In this document: positions 19,029 through 29,393 of the stretch, piece after piece
Layout of the letters: each line of letters starts with the position of its first letter
Position numbering within the stretch: position 1 is the stretch's first letter
Assembly (NCBI GenBank): GCA_903924955.1
Contig: CAIYDK010000137.1
Span: 1 to 51,234, forward strand
Length of the DNA: 51,234 nucleotides
Reading direction: 5' to 3'
DNA from: an uncultured beta proteobacterium
Lineage (GTDB): Bacteria; Pseudomonadota; Gammaproteobacteria; Burkholderiales; Burkholderiaceae_C
Program-made: the position numbers and the translations under genes
The notes under the pieces: model-generated
What the model was told of the DNA's origin: nothing
Databases searched by the model: none
The model's input: only the letters and a program-made list of their open reading frames with translations

Positions 19029-19310
19029 ATGGTGTTTAACTTTGAGCAGGTTCACAATTATTATGAACGTCTCGTTTTTGAAGAAGTAGCCCGAAGGGCG
19101 GAGGAATTTCCCGCGTTTACCCTGGATATGTTGGGTGATGTGGCCTGCGTAGCCTTGAATCGCCTTCCTGCGCGCTATGTGCGACATGACGTTGACATGA
19201 TGTTTTACCTCACAGAGCACGAGCGCCATGCCATTGAACTGGCGCTCGAAGAAGCGCTTCAGTTCGCGTTTGGTTTTGTTTTGGAGCGTGCCAGCAAGAC
19301 CGCGCGCTAA
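19029..19310 (+). CDS. ComFB family protein
   Basis: HNYYERLV...DVACVALNRLPARY signature; GGAGG RBS before ATG 19029. Confidence 0.85.
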   Translation: MVFNFEQVHNYYERLVFEEVARRAEEFPAFTLDMLGDVACVALNRLPARYVRHDVDMMFYLTEHERHAIELALEEALQFAFGFVLERASKTAR

Positions 19311-19323
19311 TTTTTTAATTTTG

Positions 19324-20166
19324 CTAGAAAGTTCCACGAACCTGGTGCAGCAATTCCGGTGTGATGCCGGGGCATACGCCAAACCAGGCTTCAAATGCTG
19401 GTCGTGCCTGATTGAGGAGCATGCCAAGGCCGTTTACCGTAGCGTTGCCCCTCTGTCGCGCTGCGATCATTAGCGGTGTTTCCATTGGCACATAAATGAT
19501 GTCCGAGACCAGGGCATCTGAAGGCAGAAGGTCTAGATGCAAATCGAGCGCCGCCTCGCCTTGCATTCCCTGGTTGGTGGTGTTGACCAGTAAAGCAGCA
19601 CCCTGCAGAGCGTCATGCCGGTCTTCCCACGGGATCGCTCTGATCGGCGGGCCAAATTCTTGTGCCATGTCATGTGCCTTGGCCCAGCTTCGGTTTGTCA
19701 GCCGAATTTCTCTGGCACCCTGGTCAATCAAACTGACGATGACAGCACGCGCAGCGCCGCCTGCGCCCATGACAACGGCAGGTCCGGCGTCAGCGCGCCA
19801 CTGCGGCATGGCATCCCGCAGGCTCTCTATGAAGCCATAGGCGTCCGTGTTTCGCCCTGTCAAGGATTGGTCGGGTTCAACCACGATGGTATTGACGGCC
19901 CCGATGCGCTGGGCCAGGAGGTCGACACGATCCACCAGGCGCAATGCATCCACTTTGTGTGGAATTGTCAAATTGCAGCCCGCAAATCCCAGTACAGGCA
20001 ATGCTCGCAATGCCTGTTCAAGGTTTTCAGGTTGAACCGGTAGCAGCACATAGGCACCTTTCAGGCCATGGTGTGCAATCCAGTGGTTGTGGATGACCGG
20101 CGATCGTGAGTGCGATACCGGCCAACCCATGACCCCTGCCAACTTGTAGGTGTGACTGGCGCCCAC
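19324..20166 (-). CDS. aroE: Shikimate dehydrogenase
   Basis: GWPVSHSRSP, NLTIPHK, GAVNT, NTD, GAGGAARA and GLGMLLNQA. Confidence 0.93.
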   Translation of the reverse strand: MGASHTYKLAGVMGWPVSHSRSPVIHNHWIAHHGLKGAYVLLPVQPENLEQALRALPVLGFAGCNLTIPHKVDALRLVDRVDLLAQRIGAVNTIVVEPDQSLTGRNTDAYGFIESLRDAMPQWRADAGPAVVMGAGGAARAVIVSLIDQGAREIRLTNRSWAKAHDMAQEFGPPIRAIPWEDRHDALQGAALLVNTTNQGMQGEAALDLHLDLLPSDALVSDIIYVPMETPLMIAARQRGNATVNGLGMLLNQARPAFEAWFGVCPGITPELLHQVRGTF

Positions 20167-20180
20167 TTTCGCTGGCTCCG

Positions 20181-22478
<2,298 letters not shown>

Positions 22479-22874
22479 GCGAAAACCTCAGATCATCAAA
22501 AAAAACAGGCGAACAGGGCGGGTGCCGTCTACACCACTTTGGAGCGGAAGCAGTTGGCATTGCGGGAAAGGGTATTTCCCTGTTGGCAAGATGGGAGGGC
22601 GAACATTTGGAATGCAGTCCTTGCGGTAAGGTGGCCGGTCGTACTCATGTCAACGCTTGGCCTGGCCCGGAGGTGCTGCTGTCGCTCTTGCCGAAACAAC
22701 CGTCTAGTATATCCTGAAACCCAGGCATTTCCAGTGCGCAGTGTCGTTGATCTGAGCAAAAGCAAAACCTGTGGTTTTCGGGTTCGTAGACGGACTGTAT
22801 GCACTACATTCCATGCAGGAATTCGACCAATGTTAAATATTGCCCGTTTGCTGTTCAATAAGTGGGGTGCCAGG

Positions 22875-23645
22875 ATGAGCACCCGGGTTGCCATTGTGTC
22901 CGCATTGTTGCTGGCTCCATTGTCGGCTATGGCGCTGGAGATTTCTGCCTTGACAGAGTCGTTGCCTCCGCTGAATTACGAGTTGGATGGCGCGGTGGTC
23001 GGATTCTCCAGTGAACTGCTGGACCTGATTGCCAAAGATGCGGATATTTCCGTCAACAAGCAGTTGTTGCCGTGGTCGCGCGCCTATGACATGGTGGCGC
23101 GTCAGGGCAATACCCTGATTTATTCACTGGCCCGCACCCCGGAGCGTGAGGCACAGTTTCAATGGGTTGGCCCTATCAGCACGAGACGCATCGTGCTTTA
23201 CAAGCTCAGTGACAGAGCTGATATTTCGATCAAGACATTGGACGATGCGCGGCCATATCGTATTGGCGTTGCGCGGGAATCAGCAGCCGCCAAGGGATTG
23301 ATCAAGCAGGGTTTCTTGATCAACGGTGCGCAGGACGTGCTGGGGCCGGGGCTGGATTTGGGCGCAAACGACGAGTCCAACATGAAAAAGTTCATTGGCA
23401 AACGGTTTGATCTGCTGGTGTCACTCGACTGGGCAGCGGCCTACAACGCCAAAAATGCCGGACTGGGTCCTGACGATCTGCAAGCCGTTTGGGTCCTCGA
23501 CGAGGGTCTATCCTATTGGTACGGCCTGAACCCGGCGACGGATCCAGACGTTGCCCGGCGCCTCAATGCGGCGTTGCTGAAGATTAAAAGCGATGGTCGT
23601 TACCAACTACTGAGACAACGATATTTCCCAAAAGGCAGCAAGTAA
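22875..23645 (+). CDS. Orphan periplasmic solute-binding protein (family 3-like)
   Basis: Signal peptide MSTRVAIVSALLLAPLSAMA, TESLPPLNY, LPWSRA, RTPEREAQFQWVGP and IKSDGRY. The true start is inside the 591-aa ORF of the track. Confidence 0.85.
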   Translation: MSTRVAIVSALLLAPLSAMALEISALTESLPPLNYELDGAVVGFSSELLDLIAKDADISVNKQLLPWSRAYDMVARQGNTLIYSLARTPEREAQFQWVGPISTRRIVLYKLSDRADISIKTLDDARPYRIGVARESAAAKGLIKQGFLINGAQDVLGPGLDLGANDESNMKKFIGKRFDLLVSLDWAAAYNAKNAGLGPDDLQAVWVLDEGLSYWYGLNPATDPDVARRLNAALLKIKSDGRYQLLRQRYFPKGSK

Positions 23646-23677
23646 CAGGCGCCAACCGTCAACTTTACCCCCAGTGA

Positions 23678-25630
23678 TTACGCTGCAGGTCGTGTCGCCA
23701 GTTCGAGTTGCTGTCGGCGGATGTGCAGTTCGCGGTAGCGAATCAGAGCAGCAGGGTCATGGGTGGAGTCCGAGATTGCCTGTGTTTCCTGCTCCTTGAT
23801 GCGTTCCACCAGCATGCGGTTGAGCAGGTCGCGCAATTCCATGCCGGAGTCTGCAGATGCTTCCACGACTGCGCCCGTGGACAGGGCCGTATCCGCCATC
23901 AAGCGATCGGCCAACTCTCTGGATTCGTGCTGTTGCAGTTCTTCGCGCAGCGCACTCCAGACCAATGGGCCGTGTTCGTGCAACTGGCCTTCCAGCCAGG
24001 CTATCAGGGGGCCGTGGGGAGCCGGCAATTCACAAAGTAGGCCATGGTCCTCACCCGTCAGCGTTTCCCAGAGCTCACTGTGCCCCAGCAAGATGCGCAC
24101 TGCGTGGTCGGCGCGCGTGGCCAGGGGGCCGCGCAGAGGCGGGCGAAAGACTCGCTTGCTTTCCCACTTGCCTTTGCCTTCCCATTTGCGCTTGCCCTTC
24201 CAGCTGTCTGGACTTTCACCGTCAACCGGGTGGTTCCAGGTGGCGGCAGCACTCTGCTCTCCAAAGTCATCGGGCTGCCAGTTGCCATGCCGCGGTTCTG
24301 ATGGGGTGCTGGCTTTGGTGCCAGCGCTGGCCCACACGGTGCCCAGTTCCTGACTTGAAAGTTGCACCTGCGTAGCGATTTCCCCTAGCAACTGCAGTTT
24401 GAGTGCCCCGTCCGGGAGTAGGCTCCATAACGGCTTGGCGTTGCTGGACATGTGGGCACGGCCCTCGGCACTGTTCAGGTCGCAGCCATCTCGTGCAGCC
24501 TCGATCAGGAACCGGCTCAGGGGTGTTGCCGCGCTCACATACTGTGCAAAGGCGTCCTGACCGTTGGCTCGGATGAAACTGTCGGGGTCGTGTTCGTCGG
24601 GAAGGAATAAAAACTTGATCGAGCGCACATCGGTCGCATAGGGCAGGGCGGCATCCAGCGCCTTGCGTGCGGCGCGACGCCCCGCGCTGTCTCCATCAAA
24701 GCTGAACACCACCGAGTCGGTAAAGCGAAACAGCTTGTGCACATGCTCGGCGGTGCATGCGGTGCCCAGTGTGGCCACGGTGTTGGGAAAACCCAGTTGT
24801 GCCAGCGCCACCACGTCCATATAGCCCTCAGTCACCAGGACATAGCCATGTTCGCGCAGGGCATTGCGTGCCTCAAACAGGCCGTACAACTCGCGTCCCT
24901 TGCTGAAGACCGGTGTCTCCGGCGAATTGAGATACTTGGGCTTGTCATCGCCGAGGACCCGACCGCCGAAGCCAATGCATTCGCCCTTGATGTTGCGGAT
25001 GGGGAACATGACCCGATCGCGGAAGCGGTCGTAGCGCTTCTCTTCGGTGCTACCGTCTTCGGTATTGGCGATCACCAGACCGCTTTCGACCAGCAGCGGA
25101 TCGTCGTAGTGCGGGAACACACTGGCCAGGGAACGCCAGCCTTCGGGGGCATAACCCAATCCGAATAGTTTGGCGATCGCGCCCGATAGGCCCCTTCCTT
25201 TGAAATAGGCCACAGCGCGAGGGGAATCTTTTAACTGGCGGCGGTAAGCCTCACCGGCTTTCTCCAGCACATCCGTCAGCGTGTTTTGCTTTTGCCGTTG
25301 CTCCAGCGCGCGGGCCCGGTCTTCGGGCGAGGCTTCGTCCTCGGGGATTTGCATGCCGTATTGCTGGGCCAGATCTTTCACCGCTTCGATGAATGTCATA
25401 CCCGCGTGGTCCATCAGGAAGCTGATGGCATTGCCGTTCTTGCCACAACCAAAGCAGTGGTAAAACTGCTTGGCGGGACTCACAGAGAACGATGGCGACT
25501 TCTCCCCGTGGAATGGGCACAGGCCCATGAAGTTGGCGCCACCTTTCTTGAGCTGCACATAGCGCCCCACGATCTCCACCACGTCAGCACGGGCGAGAAG
25601 CTCCTGGAGAAAGGTTTGGGGGATGGCCAT
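23678..25630 (-). CDS. dnaG: DNA primase
   Basis: CPFHGEKSPSF...CFGC zinc finger, FGGR, KYLNSPET, EGYMDV and FDGDSAG. TACAAT at 25637-25642 suggests a leaderless start at ATG 25630. Confidence 0.97.
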   Translation of the reverse strand: MAIPQTFLQELLARADVVEIVGRYVQLKKGGANFMGLCPFHGEKSPSFSVSPAKQFYHCFGCGKNGNAISFLMDHAGMTFIEAVKDLAQQYGMQIPEDEASPEDRARALEQRQKQNTLTDVLEKAGEAYRRQLKDSPRAVAYFKGRGLSGAIAKLFGLGYAPEGWRSLASVFPHYDDPLLVESGLVIANTEDGSTEEKRYDRFRDRVMFPIRNIKGECIGFGGRVLGDDKPKYLNSPETPVFSKGRELYGLFEARNALREHGYVLVTEGYMDVVALAQLGFPNTVATLGTACTAEHVHKLFRFTDSVVFSFDGDSAGRRAARKALDAALPYATDVRSIKFLFLPDEHDPDSFIRANGQDAFAQYVSAATPLSRFLIEAARDGCDLNSAEGRAHMSSNAKPLWSLLPDGALKLQLLGEIATQVQLSSQELGTVWASAGTKASTPSEPRHGNWQPDDFGEQSAAATWNHPVDGESPDSWKGKRKWEGKGKWESKRVFRPPLRGPLATRADHAVRILLGHSELWETLTGEDHGLLCELPAPHGPLIAWLEGQLHEHGPLVWSALREELQQHESRELADRLMADTALSTGAVVEASADSGMELRDLLNRMLVERIKEQETQAISDSTHDPAALIRYRELHIRRQQLELATRPAA

Positions 25631-25681
25631 AGGGGGATTGTAGGAAGCCTGTCGCACGGTAAGCCAGAGACTGCTTCGATC

Positions 25682-25724
25682 TGCTATCTATTTTGTAGCT
25701 ATTCTCGCTTTGTTTACGGGGGCT
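25682..25724 (+). repeat. Dispersed 43-bp motif, copy B (intergenic, ggt-dnaG)
   Basis: TGCTAT CTATTTT GTAGCT ATTCT CGC TTTGTTT ACGGGGGCT. Confidence 0.85.
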
Positions 25725-25754
25725 AGGGGCTGTTTTTGCATAGACAGGACCTCG

Positions 25755-27614
25755 TCAATCACCCATTACAACGCCTTCACGCCGGGGGTCCGCACCACCA
25801 AAGAAGCCGGTGGCCGTGCGCTCAATGGCCTGCAGGCCGCTGGGTAATGGCACTTCCAGCACCGTGTGGCTGCGCGCCCGTAGTGCTTGAACGGTTGAAT
25901 TGTCAAAGCGGTCCTGTTCCAAAATGGTTGGGCCGCCCAGAGAGCCAAAGTTGGGCAAGTTGATGGCCTGCTGGGCGTTCAGTCCCCAGTTCAGCATCCC
26001 GTAAAGCGTTTTGGCTGTGAAATGGATGATGAACGGCCCGCCCGGACTGCCGCCGCTGAGCACCAACTGCCCGGTCGCTTTGTCAAACACCAGTGTGGGT
26101 GCCATGGATGAGCGTGGGCGCTTGCCGGCCTCGACCCGGTTGGCGATGGGTTTGCCTGCGGCGTCGACCGGGGTGAAACTGAAGTCGGTCAGCTCGTTGT
26201 TGAGCAGGAATCCTCCGGTAAGGCCTACCCCCCGGTTGACCATGATTCGGGCGCCCCAGCTGTCTTCGATGGAGCTGGTCATGGCCAACGCGTTGCCCCA
26301 GGCGTCCACCACAGAAATGTGTGACGTGCCGGACTCCGGTTGGTCGGGCATGGGGGCGTACGCTAATGGCACGCCACCGGGGTTGCCGGACGGTGCAGTC
26401 TTCATGCTTTTGCCCGTCGGACTGGCGTCGATGGCTTTGGCGCGGTGAGCCAGATAGTCGGGTTCGACCAGGCTGTTCCAGTTGCCCGCTGGCGCCGGCA
26501 CAAACGCGGGGTCCGCCACAAACTGCGCTCGGTCGGCAAAGGCAAGTCGCGACGCTTCGGTGTACAGATGCAGCCATTGAGCAGATGGCTTGCCATTTTT
26601 CAGGGGAATCGTGGCTGCCGGTGTGTGGTTGAGCAATCCCAAAATTTGTCCAATGGCGATGGCGCCCGCGCTGGGGGGCGGCATGCCGCAGATGCGGTAG
26701 ACCCGCAATTGCGTGCTGCGGTAGTCAAAACACAGCGCCTCGCGCACCACAGGCTGGTATGTGGCCAGGTCGCGCGTGGACAGGCTGCCGGGGTTGGTGG
26801 GATGGCTTTGCACCGTGATGGCAATGGCCTGGGCCAGTTCGCCGGTCATCAGTGCCTCAGGGCCTTCCTCGGCGATGCGCTGCAGCACAGCAGCCAGCTC
26901 CGGGTTGCGCAGCAGGTGTCCGGCGGGCCAGGGTTGGTTTTGTGCGTCATACAAGTAGGCGGCCGCGACCGGGTCGCGCTGGAGCTGCTTTTCAGTTGAC
27001 AGCAGGGCGGCCATGCGCTGGCTCACCGCAAAGCCACTTCTCGCCAATTGAATGGCGGGTGCAAACAACTGCGACCACGGCAGACGCCCGTGCTGTTGGT
27101 GGGCCAGGGCGAGCATGCGCACTGTGCCGGGAACACCAACCGAACGGCCACCGACGACCGCGTCGATGAATTTCAAAGGCTGAGCGGTAGGCCCCAAAAA
27201 TAGCGATGGCGTGGCACCTGCCGGTGCGGTTTCACGGCCATCATAGGCTTGGGTGGTCTTGCCATCAAAGTGCAGCAAGAATGCGCCACCGCCGAGCCCG
27301 CTGGATTGGGGTTCTACCAGTGCCAGGACCATTTGCACGGCAATGGCGGCGTCCACCGCGCTGCCCCCGGCGCGCAGCATTTGCAAACCCGCGTCGGTAG
27401 CCAGCGGGTTGGCAGCCGCTACCGAATAGGTGCGAGTTGCCCAGCCGGGTTTTTCAACTGATCCAGTGGCCCCTTCGGGAGACAGTGGCGCGGCGGTTAC
27501 AGCGAATCGTCCCGTCGCTGTCGCTGTGTTGACCGCGCAGCCCGCCACACAAAGAGCGATGGACGCGCTCACGGCCAGGTGGCACAGCACCGAACGAAAT
27601 GGCGGCAGGTTCAA
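25755..27614 (-). CDS. ggt: Gamma-glutamyltransferase (probable lipoprotein)
   Basis: EPQSSGLGGGAF, DGRETAP, nucleophile TSHISVVD, LNNELTDF, KRPRSSMAP and GSPGG; VAGC lipobox. Confidence 0.93.
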   Translation of the reverse strand: MNLPPFRSVLCHLAVSASIALCVAGCAVNTATATGRFAVTAAPLSPEGATGSVEKPGWATRTYSVAAANPLATDAGLQMLRAGGSAVDAAIAVQMVLALVEPQSSGLGGGAFLLHFDGKTTQAYDGRETAPAGATPSLFLGPTAQPLKFIDAVVGGRSVGVPGTVRMLALAHQQHGRLPWSQLFAPAIQLARSGFAVSQRMAALLSTEKQLQRDPVAAAYLYDAQNQPWPAGHLLRNPELAAVLQRIAEEGPEALMTGELAQAIAITVQSHPTNPGSLSTRDLATYQPVVREALCFDYRSTQLRVYRICGMPPPSAGAIAIGQILGLLNHTPAATIPLKNGKPSAQWLHLYTEASRLAFADRAQFVADPAFVPAPAGNWNSLVEPDYLAHRAKAIDASPTGKSMKTAPSGNPGGVPLAYAPMPDQPESGTSHISVVDAWGNALAMTSSIEDSWGARIMVNRGVGLTGGFLLNNELTDFSFTPVDAAGKPIANRVEAGKRPRSSMAPTLVFDKATGQLVLSGGSPGGPFIIHFTAKTLYGMLNWGLNAQQAINLPNFGSLGGPTILEQDRFDNSTVQALRARSHTVLEVPLPSGLQAIERTATGFFGGADPRREGVVMGD

Positions 27615-27638
27615 AGCGGTGCCCGCATTCAGGCGGTT

Positions 27639-28211
27639 TTACTTTTGTTTGGGCACGCGGCCCATCACATAAAACTCGGGGTTGGGCAGCATGCCCGACA
27701 TATTGGCCATACGGTTGGACAAGCCGAAGAACGCGGTAATGGCGCCAATGTCCCATATGTCTTCGTCATTGAAGCCCTGGGCGTGCAGGGCGGTGAAGTC
27801 GGCCTCTTCAATTTCATCAGAGTGCAGGCAGACCTTCATTGCAAAGTCCAGCATGGCGCGCTGGCGTGGTGTGATGTCGGCCTTGCGGTAGTTGGTGGCC
27901 ACCTGGTCGGCCACCAGCGGCTTCTTCTCATAGATGCGCAATATGGCACCGTGCGCCACCACGCAATACAGACAGTGGTTGGCGCTGCTGGTGGTGGTGA
28001 CGATCATCTCGCGGTCACCCTTGGTCAGGCCCGAACCCTCGCGCAGCATCAGTGCATCGTGGTAGGCAAAAAAAGCGCGCCACTCGGCCGGTCGACGGGC
28101 AAACGCCAGAAACACGTTGGGCACAAAGCCGGATTTTTCTTGCACCTCCAGAATTTTGGCCTGGATGTCAGCAGGCAAGGTGTTGAGTTCGGGCATCGGG
28201 TAGCGGACCAT
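27639..28211 (-). CDS. Peroxidase-related AhpD/CMD-family enzyme
   Basis: EMI....S.ANHCLYCVVAHGA motif; AGGAGA RBS. Confidence 0.9.
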   Translation of the reverse strand: MVRYPMPELNTLPADIQAKILEVQEKSGFVPNVFLAFARRPAEWRAFFAYHDALMLREGSGLTKGDREMIVTTTSSANHCLYCVVAHGAILRIYEKKPLVADQVATNYRKADITPRQRAMLDFAMKVCLHSDEIEEADFTALHAQGFNDEDIWDIGAITAFFGLSNRMANMSGMLPNPEFYVMGRVPKQK

Positions 28212-28287
28212 TGGGTGTCTCCTGCGAATTGGGGGTTGCTTTGAAACCATTATCCTTCCGGGTTGAATGAACTCCATTGGATTGACT

Positions 28288-28665
28288 ATGACCACCCCCT
28301 ATGAAAAAGGTCTCGCCACCCGCAAGGCCGTGATGGGCGAAGACTTTGTAGCCGCGGCCTTTGCCAACGCCACACCGTTTACCCAACCGATTCAGGACCA
28401 CATCACCCGCGCCGCATGGGGCGACGTGTGGCAACGCCCGGGGCTTGATCTGAAGACCCGCAGTCTGGTCACCGTGGCCATGCTGACGGCATTGGGTAAG
28501 CAAAATGAACTCAAAGGCCATGTGCGCGGAGCACTGAACAATGGCGCCACGGCAGAAGAGATCCAGGAAGTGCTATTGCATGCGGCAATCTATTGTGGTG
28601 TGCCCACTGCGGTTGAAGCCTTCCGCACTGCCAATGACGTGGTGTCCGCGAATATCAAGACGTAA
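28288..28665 (+). CDS. Carboxymuconolactone decarboxylase family protein (PcaC-like)
   Basis: AWGDVWQRPGLDLKTRSLVT, ELKGHVRGALNNG and IYCGVP. Confidence 0.9.
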   Translation: MTTPYEKGLATRKAVMGEDFVAAAFANATPFTQPIQDHITRAAWGDVWQRPGLDLKTRSLVTVAMLTALGKQNELKGHVRGALNNGATAEEIQEVLLHAAIYCGVPTAVEAFRTANDVVSANIKT

Positions 28666-28675
28666 AACGCATATC

Positions 28676-28718
28676 AACCCCCGCCAATGCTGATTGTGGT
28701 GCTATCAAATCAGCATCA
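28676..28718 (-). repeat. Dispersed 43-bp motif, degenerate copy G (between convergent genes)
   Basis: TGATGC TGATTTG ATAGCA CCACA ATC AGCATTG GCGGGGGTT; spacing is exact, but the first half-site and the CGC block are degraded. Confidence 0.55.
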
Positions 28719-28735
28719 AACGGAGGGTAGCAACG

Positions 28736-29308
28736 TCAGTGATCTTCACGAAAGTGAGTGGGTGCAAAACCGTCATCATCGCCATCATCGTCTTCAGGTA
28801 TGGCCGCAGGCACGGTGACTGGTGGCATTGGCGGCGCTGCAACGGGCGGCTCTGTCACAGGGGGTGCAGCAACGGGAGTCATCAGCAAATGGTCACTGGT
28901 TTGCCAGAAATCGGGCTGAGGCAAATGGATATGGGGGCAACCACACTGGGGGGCGAACTTCCAGGAAAACAGGTAGCGAGTCTGGTCTGCCTGCGGATCA
29001 AAACGACGCAGGCCGTCCAGCATGGCCTGCTCAAATGCAGGGGCGTGCAACACCAGTGCATCGCGCCAGTGCCTGATCTCCAACTGTAGTAACAAGGCCT
29101 CGCCCTGACCGGGAATGTGAATCGGTATGATTTCTCCTGCGATCCAGGTGCCAGGAATACCGTTGAGCTTGAGCACCCCATGCAAAGTCATGCGAACCAT
29201 GTCGATCTGGGCTGGACCCAGTTGCACCGTTTGCGGCATGGTCGAAGGACCGGTATCTGTTGCCGATTTGTTGGCTTTGGATTTACCGCGACCTAAGAAT
29301 TCAAACAT
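28736..29308 (-). CDS. Hypothetical protein with a Pro-rich, acidic C-terminal tail
   Basis: 190-aa ORF filling the gap, with a GGGGA RBS, repeated VAAPP and an EDDDGDDDGF tail. Confidence 0.7.
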   Translation of the reverse strand: MFEFLGRGKSKANKSATDTGPSTMPQTVQLGPAQIDMVRMTLHGVLKLNGIPGTWIAGEIIPIHIPGQGEALLLQLEIRHWRDALVLHAPAFEQAMLDGLRRFDPQADQTRYLFSWKFAPQCGCPHIHLPQPDFWQTSDHLLMTPVAAPPVTEPPVAAPPMPPVTVPAAIPEDDDGDDDGFAPTHFREDH

Positions 29309-29393
29309 TCACTATTCCCCTATGTGTTCGCTGAAGTGGGTCGATTCAGTGTAGCTGACCGCATGTGCACCCCGATTGCGAGTTTTTCGTCGA

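Noticed and set aside
22747-22760. TTGATCTGAGCAAA as an FNR box
   Set aside because: The second half matches ATCAA at only 2 of 5 positions.
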